Position numbers and translations under genes: made by a program. The notes under the pieces were generated by a model. The model was given only the letters and a program-made list of their open reading frames with translations. It was not told the origin of the DNA and did no database searches. Of a stretch of 64,000 nucleotides of DNA, positions 60,668 to 64,000 are shown one piece after another; the stretch's first letter is position 1; every line of letters starts with the position of its first letter. This DNA is from Lophium mytilinum (taxonomy: Eukaryota), in contig MU004197.1 of assembly GCA_010093605.1 (NCBI GenBank), forward strand, positions 806,001-870,000, given 5' to 3'.

Positions 60668-61167
60668 AAGACCAGGACATCAGTCCACTTTTGCATGAAT
60701 TGACACCTTTTGCAATGCCGAAATGCAGACGTGACTCCATTATAATTGTACCGGCGTTTCAGGCACTTACAATTCAGTTGACTGAAGCCGTCTCCGTGTT
60801 CGCAAACAAAAGCAATCCATTTAGCTTCGAGGTCCGCCGGGGGTAGCCTAGCAAGTCTGCAGATTATTCCACACCGATCGAGCTTTGTGGCCGTCTCGCG
60901 CAAATCCTTAAGAAGGTCTTGAAACACCCATGACAGCGGCAAGTGGAGTTCTTCAAGGGGGCGTGCTTGGAATGTATGACGTGGTGGCAATTCACACTTT
61001 GCGGTTGCCGGTAGCAACTATCGTTTGTAAATACCTAACCATCTTCCTCAAAAACTCAGTCCACCACCTACATCTACCACCAGCACCTCCACACCTCCAA
61101 CAGACTCAAAGCAACATACCACTACCCTCATAATCTCCGCTACCAAGTTTGCCGAAAACCAGAGAGC

Positions 61168-61645
61168 ATGTCTTCCAATATCCTCGCGGACCGTGACACC
61201 AACGCCAAGCTGGCCCAATCTCCCGAGAAGGAGGCTGGCAAGGACAAGCCAAAGTCCATGGAGTTCCATCGACAGGTCTTGGAGTCTCGCATGAAGAGTG
61301 GACAGTGAGTTGCTTCTACAGCCTGCGAGCTAAACAGCGCTGATTGGATCGCAGGGCCCAGCAAACCTACATTTCTCCATCTGACCAGATCCTTTCTCCC
61401 GCCACCCAGAAGGTCAACGCCTATCGGAATAAGCATGCGATGAAGAAGTAAGCGGATTTCGATACAGAATGTAATATATTGCGAGGGTTCTGACCATTAG
61501 TTACAGATCCAAGCCCCAGACTCTCTTCGCGAAGACAAGCAGCAAGAATCTCGAAGCAGCCAAGTCCGCCAGCATGTCGAACATGTTCGAAGACATTCCC
61601 AAGGATAATGCGACTTCTGATGCGACCTCTGAAGACGCCAACTAG
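61168..61645 (+). CDS. Spo12-family protein (3 exons)
   Basis: KPKSMEFHRQVL...TYISPSDQILSPATQKV resembles the Spo12 SPSD..SP motif. GT-AG introns at ~61305-61354 and ~61448-61506. Confidence 0.75.
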
Positions 61646-62079
61646 GTCATTCCTCCGCTTTCCTATGTTCTATACCACGTGTGTTTCTATTTGGACAGGA
61701 TTGGGTCCTTGGTTTTGGAGTTCTCTGTAGGATTATGGGACATCCACGGGCTTCTGGGCGACTATGGCTCCTGGATACATTATTCTTGGCCAGTAGTGTT
61801 GCTCGATATTCATTGTGATGGGCAGCGGGCTTCGTATGGACGACGTTCGGTACCAGGAATCATGCATTGAGGCGGCGTTATGGTCACTACCTACCTAGCA
61901 GAGCTTGGGATTATAGCAATGATATGAATTACAATTTGGAGTCAATGAGCCATTGAGAAGTCCTTCGGAGTGTTGTGTGTAGCATGTGCCAGACCCCATC
62001 AAATCAACTCAATGCATCTGATGCATTTCCGCATCGAGATCTCCTCCATCTTCCTTCAACCCCACCTTAACATGCCTCC

Positions 62080-63015
62080 ATGACATCCACCAACGACGAC
62101 CAGCAGTCTCTCCAAAACGAGATAGCTAGTCTTGAGCGAAAACTTCGAGATGCAAAAGCCAGACTGACCACCGACGCCCCTCTGGCCCCTTCTACACCAG
62201 CGAACGATGTTGGTTAGTTTCGCTCCATTAGGTACCCTCTTCTCGTCCCCACATCTGACCGCATCATAGCTCTCCATGCACTGCTACTTCTTTCAGACTC
62301 CGCCCTCCCTTTGGGCTCATTTGCTTTCAGCAGCGGCCTAGAGTCCTACCTCGCCCATCACCGGCCGTCCCCACCCACAGCGTCCCAGGTCCCATCTTTC
62401 CACACCTTCCTCCGCCTCTCCCTCTCCACTCTTGCCAGCACCGCTTTGCCATACGTGCTCGCAGCATACCGAGAGCCAGAGAAGATAGAAACGCTTGACA
62501 ACGATTTCGACGCCAGCACGCCATGCACCGTAGCCCGCCGCGCGAGCGTCACCCAAGGGCGCGCCCTTCTCGCGATATGGGACCGCAGCTTCCGGTCACA
62601 CTACACCGAGTCGTCTAAAGCCAACGGCCATGCGGTGGGGCTAGATTCTCTTACGAGCTTTCAAGCGCTGATACGCAGTGCATCGTCTGCTGAGGATGGC
62701 TTCCAGCGCAATGCGCATCTGGCCCCGCTCTGGGGTCTTACGACCAGAATCTTGCAGGTCCCGCTGCATGATGCGGCGTATCTATTCTTATTCTCGCACG
62801 CGAGAACGGTCATTAGTGCTGCGGTGAGGGCGAGTGTGCTGGGACCGTATCAAGCGCAAGGTGTGCTTGCGAGTCAAGATTTGCAGGAGAGGATCAGATC
62901 TTTAGTGGAAGAGATGTGGGAACGGAAGGTGGAAGATGCGGGTCAGACGGTGCCGGTGATGGATCTGTGGGTTGGCAGGCACGAGAAGCTGTATAGCAGG
63001 ATATTCAATTCGTGA
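62080..63015 (+). CDS. ureF: Urease accessory protein UreF (2 exons)
   Basis: LLLLSDSALPLGSFAFSSGLES, RRASVTQGRALL, AAVRASVLGPYQAQ, GRHEKLYSRIFNS. Confidence 0.93.
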
Positions 63016-63145
63016 GAGCATGTAAGAGCAGTCTTCAAAAGATTTCACACATAGTATCTTCAAAACTAGCACGCTTTGCACCAAACTTCGAAATCGAGAG
63101 CGAGCAGGTTGATTTCCGTCCCTCTATTCCTTTGCTGTAAGATTC

Positions 63146-64000
63146 TCATGGATTAACTACGCTCATCTTCTTTGCGCTGCTAAATACCAGGCCCCGGACA
63201 TCTGCTAGCAGCTCCATCAAAGCCTCCCGCTCGGATCGACCATATGCCTTCGAAACTAGTTTCTGGTCGCTTCCCATATCTCTGAGACACGCCACCCACT
63301 TTTCCGCTGGATCGCAGTCTGCATTTCTGTCGCAACCAATGCCGACCACGAATTTCCCCATGGGCAAAGAGAAATAGGCATTGCCTGTATTGAAATGAGA
63401 GTGGGCTCAGACATCAAAGGTTCACCAGTGATGAAGGGAACACGTACTCAGAATTCTTTGGTCGTGAACCAGATGAAGTGAGCGTCTTTTGCGGGATCCG
63501 ATATCGCGGTCAAGGTCGGGGTTTCTGAGGCTGTGTCCGACGTGATGGTCCTTTGAGAGTTTGTCACCCCCGATCCGGTTCGAGCATGTGCGTTCGGGTC
63601 TGTTACAGTGCTTTTCCCATCATCTACATAAGAGTTGTAGGTCCCAGCATCTGAATATAGGTCCGACATGGTGCTCTTCGAAGGTCTTTTGGGGTTGATC
63701 TGGGTCCAGTAGTTGAACTGGTTTCTGGCAAGCTGTGTGAGCGAAAGGACCTCAAGCTATTTGAAGGGAAAGCCCTGCCCTAAATATAAGTGCTCTGGTT
63801 CTTTTCTTCTTCACAAACACAACAACTCTCCTTATCTTGTATATCTGTAGCTTTGTCGGAACAAAAAGCTTTCATGGTGGAAGTCTGACGGGAGAACAAA
63901 CCTGCCTCTTTCATCATTTGTTGGACATACTTATTCTGTTTCTGAGTTTCACAAAGTCTCAGAGCGGGAGTGTCTAGATAGTCCATCTAACAAGTGAGAG
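63146..64000 (-). other. Fragmented protein-like ORFs running off the window edge (partial gene or pseudogene)
   Basis: Three successive minus-strand ORFs (63780-63986, 63448-63669, 63146-63367). The first two are out of frame and separated by a TAG. Confidence 0.3.

Overview
Eukaryotic DNA from a filamentous ascomycete (short GT-AG introns with CTRAC/CTAAY branch sites; Dothideomycete-like gene content, taxon inferred, not proven). The first ~17 kb is accessory: a macrodomain gene, a HET-ankyrin gene, a UCH paralog, a kinase-ankyrin gene, a secreted PAN/CBM protein, a Mutator-like MITE, a mutated tandem repeat spanning an assembly gap, and a carboxylesterase. The rest is mostly housekeeping genes: UCH, MSW1, RVS161, CDC34, LDAH-like, DCP1, OCRL-like 5-phosphatase, a stand-alone GARS, an MFS transporter, RSM27, an ALR1-like CorA, SPC1, RBX1, an Edc1/PNRC-like gene, VPS45, a GST, a SPO12-like gene and UreF. 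Main finding: a structurally intact tRNA-Ser(GCT) gene (9753-9884, minus) is interrupted in its variable arm by a 51-nt sequence with the hallmarks of a spliceosomal mRNA intron (GTACGG...CACTAAC...CAG). Second: an otherwise intact NAD-dependent epimerase gene has two in-frame TAG codons at expected Trp positions, suggesting either A-to-I editing-dependent restoration or RIP damage. Two copies of a 227-bp TA-flanked MITE were also found. Multi-exon coordinates were read by eye and some boundaries are approximate.
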